IMG/VR virus record: IMGVR_UViG_3300012983_000039 | Location: 27,306 to 91,305 of that record | Length of the DNA stretch: 64,000 nucleotides | DNA from: a virus | Lineage: Duplodnaviria > Caudoviricetes | Reading direction: 5' to 3' (one strand) | Part shown: in pieces, positions 1-11,492 of the stretch | How the letters are laid out: each line of letters opens with the position of its first letter | Position numbering within the stretch: position 1 is the first letter of the stretch | Notes under the pieces: generated by a model | Told to the model about the DNA's origin: nothing | Seen by the model: only the letters and a program-made list of their open reading frames with translations | Databases searched by the model: none | Position numbers and translations under genes: made by a program

Positions 1-2
1 AA

Positions 3-2391
3 AATTTAGAGGATTTTCGACATCTTGATAATATAGAAGAAGGAGCGGATTTACTCGAAAAGCATATTTTTAATGGAAGTAAAATTTATTTAGTAGTGGA
101 TTGAATGCTTGGGTTCACTTTAAATTCCTTAAATTGCGGGGACACCCTTAGAGCCTTAATAACCAAACATTAACAGCGATGTTAATGCGGCGGCTAGTAA
201 CGGAGTCGGTATGGTAAAATCATTAAGGATTGGGCAATCAAGCGCATCGAAATTTCTCTCTGAGAAAGACGTTCAACGACTATAATAGGAACATCAAAAA
301 AACGATGAAGGTATAGTCTACTCCCTATCTGAAATTTTATAAAATCTATCCATTAATTTTACCTCTACTTATGAAATGGTTTGTTGGTTAAAAGACATAT
401 TCGGTTTTGGTTCTATAGTAAAAGAAAAACGCCGAGAAAAAATATATTATTTTAATTTTGGTGGTAATAAACAAATTGAACTTTTTTATCATTTATTATA
501 TGATAACGCGACAGTCTGGATGGATAGAAAATATAATAAATTTCAAGATTTTTTTAAATACGTCGAAAGACGGGGTATAAAAGCCAGATATGGACGGCTT
601 CACAAGTAGTGCCATTCTATACAACTATTTAAGGCAAAACTATATCGACTATAATTTTGAACTTTCATATCATATTCCAGAAGGAAAAGAACACGGTTTG
701 GAAGTTCTAATGCCACTTCTTCAAAAAGAAAAAATATGTGATTTAATTATATGTCCAGACTCATCTTCTAATGATGAAGAGTTCCATAAAATTCTGAGTG
801 AAATGGGCTATGAAATTTTGGTTATTGATCACCATTTAGCTTCGGGATATAGTCCTTATGCTACAGTAATCAACAACCAACTTTCAGAAAAATATCAGAA
901 TAAAGAATTATCTGGTGTAGGAGTTGTATATAAATTACTCCAATTACTTGATGAAAGAAACGATACACGAGACGCAGATAATTATTTAGATTTGGTTGCC
1001 GCTGGCATATGCGCGGATATGTGTCCTCTTTTAACTTTGGAAAATCGCTTTATTTCAGAGTATGGTTTTTCTCATTTATATAATAGTGGATTAAGAGAAT
1101 TAATTAAATATCAAGCTTATTCAATTTTAGGTGTGGCGGCAAGTGAGATAACAGATTGGAGTGAAGTTAAGGTTAATCCAATTGATATTTCTTTTTATAT
1201 AGCTCCTTTGGTAAATGCTTTAATAAGAGTAGGCACTACAAAAGATAAAGAAACTTTGTTTGAAGCTTTTATTAATGGAAGGAAATTGGTTGACTCAACA
1301 AAAAGAGGACATAAAGGAGAATTGGAATCTATTGCCGAACAAAACGCAAGAAATTGTGCTAATGCTAGAGCCAGACAAAATAAGGAAAAAGAAAAAGCTA
1401 CAGAATTACTCGATATCCAGATTTTTAATGATAATTTAGATGAAAATAAAATTCTTATATTAAATGCTGACGAGCTGGAAACTCCTAATACTTTAACTGG
1501 ACTATGTGCCATGAATGTTGCGGCGAAATATAAAAAGCCAATTTTGTTAGGAAGGACTACACCAGATGGACAGTATCTTAAAGGTTCTATGAGAGGACAG
1601 AATGGTTCGGAACTAAAAGATTTTAGAAAATTTTTGTTAGATAGCGGATATATGGACTACGTTGAGGGTTAACACCATGGCCCGAAAATACTTTTACCAT
1701 TAATCAATGGGGTCGAAAAAAATTCGGCTAACGAGGAAAGCTAAGTCTAAAGGATATGCTAATCTCGTGGGAAAATTAAACCTGTAAAGACTATTCTCTT
1801 TGAGAAGTACAACTACTATTGATACGTAGTTGGAAACGGGTATTCTATCAGTTAGATAGTAAGAAATAGTCTGTACCATTGGAAACAATGGACTATACAC
1901 ATGCTAATGCTTCGGGTTTTAGTCTAAAAATTTCAGACATACCTAAGCTCTATGATTATGCTAATAAACAACTCGCTAATATTAATTTTAACGAAGGTTT
2001 TTACGAAGTTGATTTTATAGTTAATAACAATTGTCCATATTTAAAAGATTTAATTTTTGAACTAGATAAAGGTAAGTCAATTTATGGACAAGATTGTGAT
2101 GAGCCACTTATTGTAGTAGAAAATATATCTGTTGCGCCGGCTAACATATCTTTTATAGGAACTAATAAAGATACTCTTAAAATTTCAAGTGGAGATATGA
2201 CCTTTATTAAATTTAAGGCAAAAGAATTAATAGAACAACTTCAAGATTTGTTAAAAAGTTTAAAATCAACTGATAAAATTAGCTTTACAATAATAGGAAA
2301 AGGAAATATTAATACTTGGTGCGGCAGAAAGACAGCTCAAATTTTTATAGAGAGTTTAAAATTTGAAAAGGTTAATAAATATACATTTTAA
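3..2391 (+). CDS. recJ: RecJ-like DHH single-stranded DNA exonuclease, 5'-truncated by window; spliced join(<3..101,584..1669,1900..2391)
   Basis: Splicing restores DHH motif I (IYLVVD|PDMDG) and the DHHA1 motif (VEG|HANASG); ICPDSS, VIDHH, LSGVGV and GSMRG motifs are in exon 2. Confidence 0.9.
102..583 (+). ncRNA. Group I intron 1 in recJ
   Basis: Exon ends in U(101), intron ends in G(583); P7 strands GACTAT (~278) and ATAGTC (~313); removal restores VVDPDMDG. Confidence 0.88.
376..609 (+). pseudogene. Truncated LAGLIDADG homing-endonuclease remnant in recJ intron 1
   Basis: FGFGSI...YYFNFGGNKQ...LY...MDRKY resembles the C-terminal half of the intact intron LAGLIDADGs in this window (IGGRNQV...YYERKY); no N-terminal half. 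Confidence 0.65.
1670..1899 (+). ncRNA. Group I intron 2 in recJ (ORF-less)
   Basis: P1 GGGT/GCCC with U.G at 1669; GACTAT (~1789)/ATAGTC (~1866); GAAA-capped P9 CCATTG-GAAA-CAATGG; splicing gives EG|HANAS. Terminal nucleotide appears to be A, not G. Confidence 0.8.
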
Positions 2392-2403
2392 GGAGGATTT
2401 ATA

Positions 2404-2592
2404 ATGGGAGAAATAATGAAGAGAACAGAAGAAATAAGAGTTGAAACAGAAGAAGAAGCAATGGCACTTATTGAAAGTTTTAAGGAAAAATCTAAGACTG
2501 AGGGATATGAAATTGTTTCTTATTGTTCAACACATAAAGTAAAAAAAGATGATGATTTTTATATTGTTAAAATTATTATGAAATGGTGCTAA
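2404..2592 (+). CDS. Small hypothetical protein
   Basis: AGGAGG RBS, 62-aa ORF followed by a hairpin. Confidence 0.75.
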   Translation: MGEIMKRTEEIRVETEEEAMALIESFKEKSKTEGYEIVSYCSTHKVKKDDDFYIVKIIMKWC

Positions 2593-2598
2593 TTTATT

Positions 2599-2646
2599 GA
2601 AGTCAAGAGTTTAACTCTTGACTTTTTTTATGAATTATGATATAAT
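2599..2646 (+). promoter_or_regulatory. Terminator hairpin overlapping a sigmaA promoter (TTGACT-17-TATAAT, extended -10)
   Basis: AAGTCAAGAG/CTCTTGACTT stem plus T-tract; -35 at 2618-2623, -10 at 2641-2646. Confidence 0.8.
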
Positions 2647-2674
2647 TATATTATAAAATAAAAGAGGTGAGAAA

Positions 2675-3538
2675 ATGGCAAAAAGAAAAGAGTTAAATGA
2701 ATATTATCGTAATAAGTTTGGAAAAGATTTTTCAAGTTCAACTCTTAGTAAATGGGGCAAAGAAGGGAAGATTAGGCGAGAAATCCTGCCAAATAAAACT
2801 TATGATTGGAATTTTGAAGATTTTAAGAATATTGTTGATTCAGAACAATATTATAAAAAATTAAAAGCAAGGAAACAAAAGCCACAAGATTTTATTGGAA
2901 AAACAAAAGGATATTTATATATCAAAGGGATTGTACCCGTGGAAGAACGGAATCAAGAATATCTTGGAACAATGATGTATTGCGATTGTTTAAGATGTGG
3001 AAAGAAGAATATTCAAGTTAGATTCACATACTTGTCTGATAATGGAAATTATCATCAATATGGCTGTGGATGTGAGAGAAAAGAAAGAGCTTTTTTAGCC
3101 AGTGCAAGAAAAGGACTAACATCAGAACTATTATTTTCTTATAAAGACGATTTTGAAAAGTTTCTTTTTATTCATAAAGCATTGGTGGGAAATACAGACA
3201 AATATTATACAACTTGTGCAATTGAAGAATATATACAGACAATAGATTATTTTTATAACAATGAACAATTTAACCAATTATATCTTTTTTTGGGAAAAAA
3301 TAAAAAAGAGAACACTTTTTATGACTGGGGTAAACCAAGCTTAGACCATATAATCCCTAAATCAAAAGGTGGCGGACATAATAAAGAGAATTTACAATTT
3401 TTAACTGTTTTTGAAAATTTAGCAAAAAGAAATATGACATGGGCTGAGTGGGAAAATTTTAAAGAAAAAACACATATAACGTCAGATTATTTTATCGAAA
3501 ATATTATTACGAAGAAGGGAGGGGTGGATTATGAATAA
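2675..3538 (+). CDS. Free-standing HNH endonuclease (probable homing endonuclease)
   Basis: SLDHIIPKSKGG-H-ENLQ-LT-EN-K HNH motif; CDC-RCG and GCGC zinc motifs; N-terminal HTH-like segment. Confidence 0.85.
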   Translation: MAKRKELNEYYRNKFGKDFSSSTLSKWGKEGKIRREILPNKTYDWNFEDFKNIVDSEQYYKKLKARKQKPQDFIGKTKGYLYIKGIVPVEERNQEYLGTMMYCDCLRCGKKNIQVRFTYLSDNGNYHQYGCGCERKERAFLASARKGLTSELLFSYKDDFEKFLFIHKALVGNTDKYYTTCAIEEYIQTIDYFYNNEQFNQLYLFLGKNKKENTFYDWGKPSLDHIIPKSKGGGHNKENLQFLTVFENLAKRNMTWAEWENFKEKTHITSDYFIENIITKKGGVDYE

Positions 3539-6500
3539 TATTGCAAGATTTGATTGTCATTCACATAGCGAATATTCAAACATCCGCTTACTTTGACAGT
3601 ATTAATCGTCCTAGAGATATGATTTTAACAGCTCATAAATTAGGTATGAAAGGTATAATTTTAACAGACCATGAATGTCTATCTGGTCATGTAAAATGGC
3701 TGAACGAAGAAAGAGACTTAAAAGAAAAAGGGTTGATCCCTCCTGAATTTAAATGTGGTTGTGGCAATGAAATTTATTTAGTGAATGATAGAAATAATAT
3801 TCAATGTTATTGGCATTTCATTTTGGCAGCAAAAAACACAGAAGGACATAGAGCTTTAAGAGAATTAAGTTCAATTGCATGGCGTAATAGTTATTCATCA
3901 AGAGGTTTAACAAGAGTGCCAACTCAAAAAAATGAACTCAAAGAAATTGTTAATAAATATCCAAATACTTTAATTGCTACGAATGCCTGTCTGGGCGGTG
4001 AGCTTCCGCATTTAGTAGAAGAACTTGTAAAAGCAGAAAAAAGAAATTCAGAAGATGAAATAATTAAAATTAAATTAGAAATAGTGGATTTTTTAAACTA
4101 TTGTCTCGAATTATTTGGAGAAGATTTTTATATTGAAATCGCCGCTGCCCCAACAAAAGAACAAAAACTTTTTAATCAAAGAGTGAAAGCAATTGCGAAA
4201 GCTTATGGAATAAAGATAGTAATTGGTTCAGACGCTCATTATCTTACTTCGAACGAAAGAGAAGTTCATAAAGCTTATCTTAATTCAAAAGATGGGGAAC
4301 GAGAAGTAGATAATTTTTATTATTATGCTCATATGATGGATAATGAGGAAGCTTATAATAATATTTCAGATATTTTTACAGAAGAAGAATTTAAACAAAT
4401 CTGTGAAAATTCTATGGAAATTTATAATAAAATTGGGAGTTATGATATCTTTAGAAATCCTATTATACCAGAAGTTCAGGTAAAAGATTACCCTCCATTT
4501 ACTTGTGAAACAGATTTTACTGGGGGCTATAACCCAGATTGGTATTTCCCCACAATTGATGATTTATTGTGTAGTCAAGAAATTCAAGAAAGATATTGGA
4601 TTAATGAATGCTTAAACGCATTGCGTGAAAAAGATTTATACAATACAAAATATCTTGCTCGTATCGAAACCGAAGCGAAAGTAATTAAAACCATCGGAGA
4701 AAAACTTGGAGATTGTTTGTTTAAATACTTCAATACTTTTCAACATTTTATTGATTTATTTTGGAATTGTGGGTCTCTTGTTGGACCCGGAAGAGGGTCA
4801 GCAGTATGTTTTTTATCAAATTATTTATTGGGTGGACAATAATAGTAACGCCCATTAACATCTAATTATTTATTAATAATGTTATTTAAGCAGCTTAAAG
4901 TGTAAGAAACACATTCTTAAATAGCATCGGGGAAGCCTAAATCTTTACAAATGAGATATGGTAATCCCGAACCAAGTGTTAAATATTCAAAAAGGGAAAA
5001 TAAAATAAAATAAAAGAAGGAGGTGAAAGATATATATATGTTTTGTTATAGAATAGTAAATAATATAAATAAAAAGGAATATATTGGAATAACTGCTGAT
5101 TTTGAAAGAAGAATGAAACAACATAAAAATCAAAAATCCAATAGTTTGATTCACAACGCTATCTTAAAGTATGGTAAAGAAAATTTTACTTATGAAATTT
5201 TAGCTTCGGAATTATCTATAGAAGAAGCTGAAAAAATGGAAATTGACTTGATTAAAAAAAGAAATACTTTAGCTCCAAATGGATATAATTTAGCAAAAGG
5301 CGGATTACATGGCGGCTCTAAAATAAAAATAACAGATGAACAAGTAGCTTATATAAAAAATAATCGAAATTTGCCTTTATATGTTCTTTATGATGAATTT
5401 TCAGATTTAATTTCTTACGGGTATTTTAAAGAAATATATAAAAATAATGTAAGACCAGACATTAAGCCTGCAGTAGAAATGTATCCATACAATTTAGAAT
5501 TTTCAACTCAATTTACTAGAACTAAATTAACTTATCAAAATGTTGTAGATATAAGAAAAGCTTATGCCAATATGATAGATTGGAAAGAGATATATCCTAA
5601 ATATAAAGACAAAGTTGCCGAATCTACATTTTTCGATGTCTACAGAGGTCAAAGCTTTATGTTGATAATGCCAGAAGTATTTTCAGAAGAAAATAAAAAG
5701 AAACATTTTTCATTATCTCGTTCTGGTTCTAAAAATGGTAATGCTAAATTAAAAGCTGATGATGTTAAATTAATACGAAAAATGCATGAAGATAAGAAAA
5801 CAAATAAAGAAATTAATGCTTATTTCCCTCAAGTATCAATTGATACAATACGTGATATAATAAATTATCGAACTTGGAAGAATATTTAACAAAGGTGTAT
5901 CGACTATCCTAGTTAATAGGAGTAGAGCTACTATTGATACTTAGCTCGAAATGGTGTTCTTTCTATAAACAAATAGAAAGTAAGATATAGTCAGGTCTTA
6001 TAGAAATATAAGAATAACCGATTACGCAACTAGACCCAGTTAAATGGGGTTTACATTATTGGAGATTTTTAAACGAAGAAAGAATAGAGCTACCTGATAT
6101 TGATATCGATCTTGCTCCGTCAAAGAGAAAAAAAATTTTTGAGGAAATTAGAAAAGAGCGTGGAGAATTAAATTGTATTCAGGTTTGTACTTTCGGTACA
6201 GAAGGGACTAGATCTAGTATAGCAGCTGCTTGTAGAGGATATAGAAGTTCAGAATATCCCAATGGTATTGATAATGAAATTGCTTTATATTTAAGTGGAT
6301 TAATTCCTAATGAAAGAGGTTTCTTGTGGTCAATAAAAGAAATGGTTTATGGAAATCCAGAAAAAGGTAGGAAACCAAATGAAACATTTATAAGAGAACT
6401 CAACAAATATCCCGGACTATTAGAAATTATTGAGTCAATAGAAGGATTAGTGTGCCGCAGAGGACAACACGCGTCTGGTGTAATTTTCTATAACTCAACT

Positions 6501-9500
6501 CCTTATGAGACGAATGCGATAATGAGAAGCCCAAATGGTGATTTAACAACTCAATTTGATCTCCATGACTCGGAACAGTTAGGGGACGTTAAATACGATA
6601 AGAAAATAATTCTTCAATAAATTAAAAGTGAGGTGACTTTATGTCCCCAAGAAAAAATTTCCCTATAGAAACTATTGAAGAACTTTTATTTAAAGGATAT
6701 AATATTACTCAGCTTGCAAATCATTTTCAAACAAGTAGACAAACAATGTCAAAATTTTTAAAGCCAATTCTTTAGTTACAAATAAAGAGAAACAATTGAT
6801 TAAATGTAAAGAAGTAAGTAGTCAATATGTTTCAGAACTTTATCTTGAAGGAAAAACCATTAAAGAAATTTCTATTCTACTTGGCGTAAGTAATACAGTT
6901 ATAAAGGATCGATTAAAAGTAGCTAACTGTAAAACAAGAACAAATTCAGAAGCACATAAAAAATATTTTGAAGATTTTCGATACTTTGACTCTATAAATA
7001 CCTATGATAAAGCCTATTTATTGGGTTTTATTTGTGCAGACGGGTGGGTGTCTCGTAGAAATGAATTAGGAATTTCACTTGCTTTAAAAGACAAGGGAAT
7101 GGTGTATTGGTTTAAAAATCAATTAAAGACGGATAAGCCAGTAATTGAAAAAGAAAACAGCGCGACTTTAATAATTCAAAATGAAAAAATTACACATCAA
7201 TTAAATCAATATAATATAATTCCAAACAAAAGTTTAACACTGGACATTAAAACAGTGATAAATAAGGCCAATATTTCAAGAGAATTAATTCCAGCATTTT
7301 TATTGGGTTATTTTGATGGAGATGGTGGAATTTATAAAACAATTACTAAAAAAGGGTGCGTTCAATATAGTTGTTCAATTACTGGCACCTATGAAACTTG
7401 TTTGTATTTTAAAGAATATTTTGATAACATTGGTTTCTTTACTAAAAGACATCAAGATGATAAAAATAATTATACTTATCAAATTGGTGGGAGAAATCAA
7501 GTTAAAAAAGGACTGGGTAAATTATATCAGATAAAAGATAAGTTAAGTTTCTATTATGAAAGAAAATATAATATTTATTGTGAATTATGACTAAGGTCCT
7601 AATATACAGTGATGTATATTTGAAAGGGATTGAACCTGATTACTCAAGGGTGTAGAAAGAGCGTTTTAGTTTTTAGTAGGAAATGACTAATTAATCTTTT
7701 TGCTAACTGGGAAACCTGACCAAGTTATGTTGAAGGCAATCCAGTGCCAAGCTCACTTTGAGAAGGTCTATCGACTATCCGCTGAAATGTGGTTAGAGGT
7801 GAAGATGAGTTACACCTCGAAGTGGTCCCCTCTTATGTTTATATAAATGTAAGATGAAGATATAGTCAGTGCCATTAGAAATAATGGAATAACACGTTGC
7901 TTGTGACTGAAATAAGTGATAAAATTACAGCTTGTATTGAACTTTTGGTTGAAGATAAAATACTAGAAAATAATCTAAGTTTTAGAGAAATTTATAACAA
8001 ATATCTACACCCTGAAAAGATAGATACTACTGATGAAAAAATTTGGAATGCTTTAGGTGAAGGAAATATTATGGACGTTTTCCAATTTAGTTCAAAAGTT
8101 GGTTTAGCTACAGCTCGACAAATAAAACCTAAAGACCCTATTCAAATGACATCTGCTAATGCGTTAACATTGGCGCTTACACAGCTTTACTACTAATCAG
8201 TAGGGTACATTGAATAATGTGCTAACGGGGAAGCCTGAAGCTCCTGCCGTGAGGTATAGGTATGGTAATCCCGTGGGAAATATCAATTCATCTCCATACA
8301 GAGGTGATTTTATGTGAATAGGAAATATTAAAAAATTGAGAAAATTATTTCCAGATTTAGTATTTCCTATTCGCAATAGATGAATTGATAACTCCTGTAG
8401 AGACTATCCCGAGTGAGATTGGGAGTACGATTACTATTGATACGTAATTGGAAAAGGCGTGCTTTTTACAAAGAGTAGAAAGTAAGAGATAGTCCAGACC
8501 ACAAACAATTATTATAATTGGCAGGGAAACTTGTAGTGGTATGTAATGCGATTAATGGGAGAAAAAGGAAAAGAAAGTCCAATAGATAGATATTGTCGTT
8601 TAAAAGATGATATGTCATTGTGGTATAAAGAAGTAAGAAGTAAAGGTTTGTCTGAAGAAGAAATAAAAATTCTCGAACCATATTATCTTCCCAATTTTGG
8701 TGTTCCATGTAGTCAAGAAGATTTAATGGAAGTTTGTCTGGATAAAAATATTGCCAATTTTACATTGAGTGAAGCTAACGCCGCCAGAAAAATAGTTTCA
8801 AAAAAATTAGTAAATAAAGTTCCTGAACTTAAAGAAAAATTTATCTCTCAGTGTGGTAGTAGAAATTTGGGTGAATATGTATGGCAAACAGTAATGGAGC
8901 CGCAGATGAGTTACGCGTAAAGCACTTGCGCCCTTATACAGTAATGTATATTGAACAACTTCGTGAATTGCTGGAAAATCTGAAGCCGCTGTTGTGAAAC
9001 ATAGGTATGACAATCAGCAGCCAAACCGATTTAGCCAATCGGAAGGTTCAACGACTATCCTATTTAGGAGTAGGCTTTATGCCGAAGTGCGAAGTATCAA
9101 CACAGAGCTAATAAATAAAAATAAAAGGAGGTGAACTAAATTATGAAAAGAATATCAATAGAAATAGAGAAGAGGATATGTAATGATTATTCGACAGGTA
9201 AATATTCATCGAGAGAATTGGGAGAAAAGTATAGTCTATCTAAATCAACAATATTAAGAGTATTAAAAAGAAACAATATTGAAGCGAAAAATAGAAGACT
9301 AGTAAATACAAATTTGGACATAAATTATTTTAAAGAAATAAACACAGAACAAAAAGCATATTTTCTTGGTTTTATTTTTGCGGACGGTTGTGTTTCAAAT
9401 GAAGAGCTTTTTATTGATATTAATGAAAAAGATATTGATATTTTAGCTAAATTTAGAGAAGAAATAAATAGTCAAGCAAAAATATCAACAAGAATAAAAG

Positions 9501-11440
9501 GAAAAAGCTCTATGAGTAGAATTGTTATTAAAAATAAAACATTCACAGATCATCTATCTAAATATGGTATTATTAAAAATAAAACTAAAAATACGAAACA
9601 TCTTCCATATGAAATAATCCCAAAAGAATTATGGAGACATTTTTTAAGAGGACTGATCGATGGAGATGGATGGATTACAAAAACAAAGGAAAATAGATAT
9701 CATATTGGATATATCACTCAATATAATTCTACAGCATTGGATTTTATCTATATGATGAATGAACTCATAGAAGATAAATGGAAAAACAGAGTAATAAACA
9801 AAGATAAAAAATATTCTGTTGTTCAAATACAAAAATCTGAGCAAGTAAAACAGTTGGCAACTGTTTTATATATGAATAGCAATATTCATCTTAGTCGTAA
9901 ATTTCAATTAGCTCAAGAAATTTTAGACTCAAAAAGTTGATAAAGATATAGTCTGGACTTTATGGAAACATAAAGCTCGAAAGAGATCACTATATGTGAT
10001 AACACATTCGTTGCAAAACCTCATGCCTTAGCCTATTCATTTACTGGTATACAAACTCTTTATCTAGCAACAAATTTCCCCGAAATCTATTGGGATTGCT
10101 CTTGTTTGATTGTAAATTCTGGTGGAGCAGATTTGTTAGATATTGATGATATAGAAGAAGAAGATAATGAAAATGAAGAAGATGAGGCATTAAAGAAGAA
10201 AAAGAAAAAGAATAAAACAGTTAACTATGGAAAAATAAGCACGGCAATTGGTGAAACAAAAGCAAAGAAAATACAAGTATTACCACCCGATATAAATAAT
10301 TCATCTCTTATATTTAAACCAAGTTTAGAAAAAAATGCTATTCTCTATGGACTTAAGGGATTAAATCGTATAGGTTCTCAATTAGTATTACAAATTATTT
10401 CTAATCGTCCTTATTCTTCAATAGAAGACTTTCTAACTAAGGTGAAAGTAAATAAACCACAAATGATTAATCTAATTAAAGCCGGCACTTTTGACGAACT
10501 TTATCCAGATAAAACTCGTTATGAAGTAATGGATTTATATATAGATTTAATTGCTGATAAGAAAAAAAGAATTACTCTACAAAATATGATGATGTTAATT
10601 CGATTTGATTTAATTCCACAAGAACTTGATTATGAGCGCCGCCTCTTCAACTTCAATAAGTATTTAAAAGGTTTTAAATCAGAAGATGATTATTTATTGG
10701 ACACAATAGCTATGAACTTCTTTGAAAACAATTACGATACTTCTCTTCTAAAAGAAATTCTAGTAGACGATGAAGGAAAAACCGGTGTTATTTCTCAAAA
10801 AACTTGGGATAATATTTATAAAAAGGGAATGAACCCATTGAGAGATTGGATTAAAGCTAATCATGATGAGATTTTAAATACTCTTAATCAAAAACTTTTG
10901 AATGAAGCGGCGGAAAAGTATACTGAAGGCAATATAAGTAAATGGGAAATGGATAGTTTAAGTTTCTATTATCACGAACATGAACTTGAAAATTTAAGAA
11001 AAGACTTATATGGAATTTCAGATTACTCTAAACTTCCTAAAGAACCTGAAATTGATAGAAGTTTCTTAACTAAAGATGGAAGCAATATTACTATGTATAA
11101 AATTACACGTATTGCCGGCACAGTAATAGATAAGAATAAAGATAAGGGATTGATTACTTTACTTACTACAGATGGTGTAGTTTCAGTTAAAATTTGGAAA
11201 AACCAATTCGCCGCTTGGGATAAACAAATTTCTGAAAGAGATAGTGAAGGTAAAAAACACGTTATTGAAAAATCTTGGTTTACTAGAGGAACTAAACTAA
11301 TAATAAGTGGAGTTAAACGTGAAGACAGTTTTATTCCTAAAAAATATAAGAGTTCTGAGTATCCATTGTTTGAAAAAATAATAGAAATTGATGATAAAGG
11401 TTTTATTATCAATTCAACAACAGAAAGAGCAGAAGAGTAA
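3531..11440 (+). CDS. dnaE: DNA polymerase III alpha subunit (family C); join(3531..3593,3595..4833,6021..6599,7897..8164,8544..8918,10011..11440)
   Basis: PHP motifs HSHSEYS, LTDHE, SDAHY; GPGRGSA; LLG|ITQLDP; ELPDIDID; GQHASGV; KYD|LLVT; ANAL|MRL; SYA|FAKPHALAYS; C-terminal OB-like region. Confidence 0.93.
4834..6020 (+). ncRNA. Group I intron 1 in dnaE, carrying a GIY-YIG endonuclease
   Basis: U(4833)|...G(6020); GACTAT (~5902)/ATAGTC (~5987); restores NYLLG|ITQLDP. Confidence 0.9.
5023..5889 (+). CDS. GIY-YIG homing endonuclease (intron-encoded)
   Basis: CYRIVN...KEYIGIT...RRMKQH...E...GYN; C-terminal GSKNGNAKL NUMOD-type repeat. Confidence 0.9.
   Translation: MKDIYMFCYRIVNNINKKEYIGITADFERRMKQHKNQKSNSLIHNAILKYGKENFTYEILASELSIEEAEKMEIDLIKKRNTLAPNGYNLAKGGLHGGSKIKITDEQVAYIKNNRNLPLYVLYDEFSDLISYGYFKEIYKNNVRPDIKPAVEMYPYNLEFSTQFTRTKLTYQNVVDIRKAYANMIDWKEIYPKYKDKVAESTFFDVYRGQSFMLIMPEVFSEENKKKHFSLSRSGSKNGNAKLKADDVKLIRKMHEDKKTNKEINAYFPQVSIDTIRDIINYRTWKNI
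6600..7896 (+). ncRNA. Group I intron 2 in dnaE, carrying a LAGLIDADG endonuclease
   Basis: U(6599)|...G(7896); ribozyme core 7595-7896 with GACTAT/ATAGTC; restores KYD|LLVTE. Confidence 0.88.
6641..7590 (+). CDS. LAGLIDADG homing endonuclease (intron-encoded); N-terminal HTH part 6641-6775 is out of frame with the 6796-7590 ORF
   Basis: YLLGFICADG and FLLGYFDGDG motifs; RBS GAGGTG before ATG 6641; frame break near TTTTTAAAG (~6755-6763). Confidence 0.8.
8165..8543 (+). ncRNA. Group I intron 3 in dnaE (ORF-less)
   Basis: P1 GCGT/GCGC; U(8164)|...G(8543); GACTAT (~8402)/ATAGTC (~8489); split codon T|TA restores ANALMRL. Confidence 0.88.
8919..10010 (+). ncRNA. Group I intron 4 in dnaE, carrying a LAGLIDADG endonuclease
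   Basis: P1 GCGT/GCGC; U(8918)|...G(10010); GACTAT (~9053)/ATAGTC (~9948); split codon T|TT restores YAFAKPH. Confidence 0.9.
9143..9940 (+). CDS. LAGLIDADG homing endonuclease (intron-encoded)
   Basis: YFLGFIFADG and FLRGLIDGDG motifs; N-terminal HTH; GGAGGTG RBS. Confidence 0.92.
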   Translation: MKRISIEIEKRICNDYSTGKYSSRELGEKYSLSKSTILRVLKRNNIEAKNRRLVNTNLDINYFKEINTEQKAYFLGFIFADGCVSNEELFIDINEKDIDILAKFREEINSQAKISTRIKGKSSMSRIVIKNKTFTDHLSKYGIIKNKTKNTKHLPYEIIPKELWRHFLRGLIDGDGWITKTKENRYHIGYITQYNSTALDFIYMMNELIEDKWKNRVINKDKKYSVVQIQKSEQVKQLATVLYMNSNIHLSRKFQLAQEILDSKS

Positions 11441-11443
11441 TGG

Positions 11444-11470
11444 AAAGACACAAGTTAATCTTGTGTCTTT
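11444..11470 (+). terminator. Intrinsic terminator after dnaE
   Basis: AAAGACACAAG-TTAAT-CTTGTGTCTTT perfect stem. Confidence 0.75.
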
Positions 11471-11492
11471 ACTTTAAAGGAGGAAAATAAAA

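Noticed and set aside
1195-1900. Antisense ORFs 1195-1512 and 1700-1900, and similar short opposite-strand ORFs throughout (e.g. 11023-11451, 29933-30157, 54390-54611)
   Set aside because: Shadows of real genes or introns; no RBS and no protein-like motifs
1-11440. Stop-codon reassignment (alternative genetic code) explaining fragmented genes
   Set aside because: Breaks are explained by group I introns; very long ORFs are intact in code 11; read-through of TGA 3594 hits TAA two codons later
3541-11440. Inteins in the polymerase
   Set aside because: Insertions contain stops, their own RBSs and ribozyme P1/P7 elements; no C...HN intein termini
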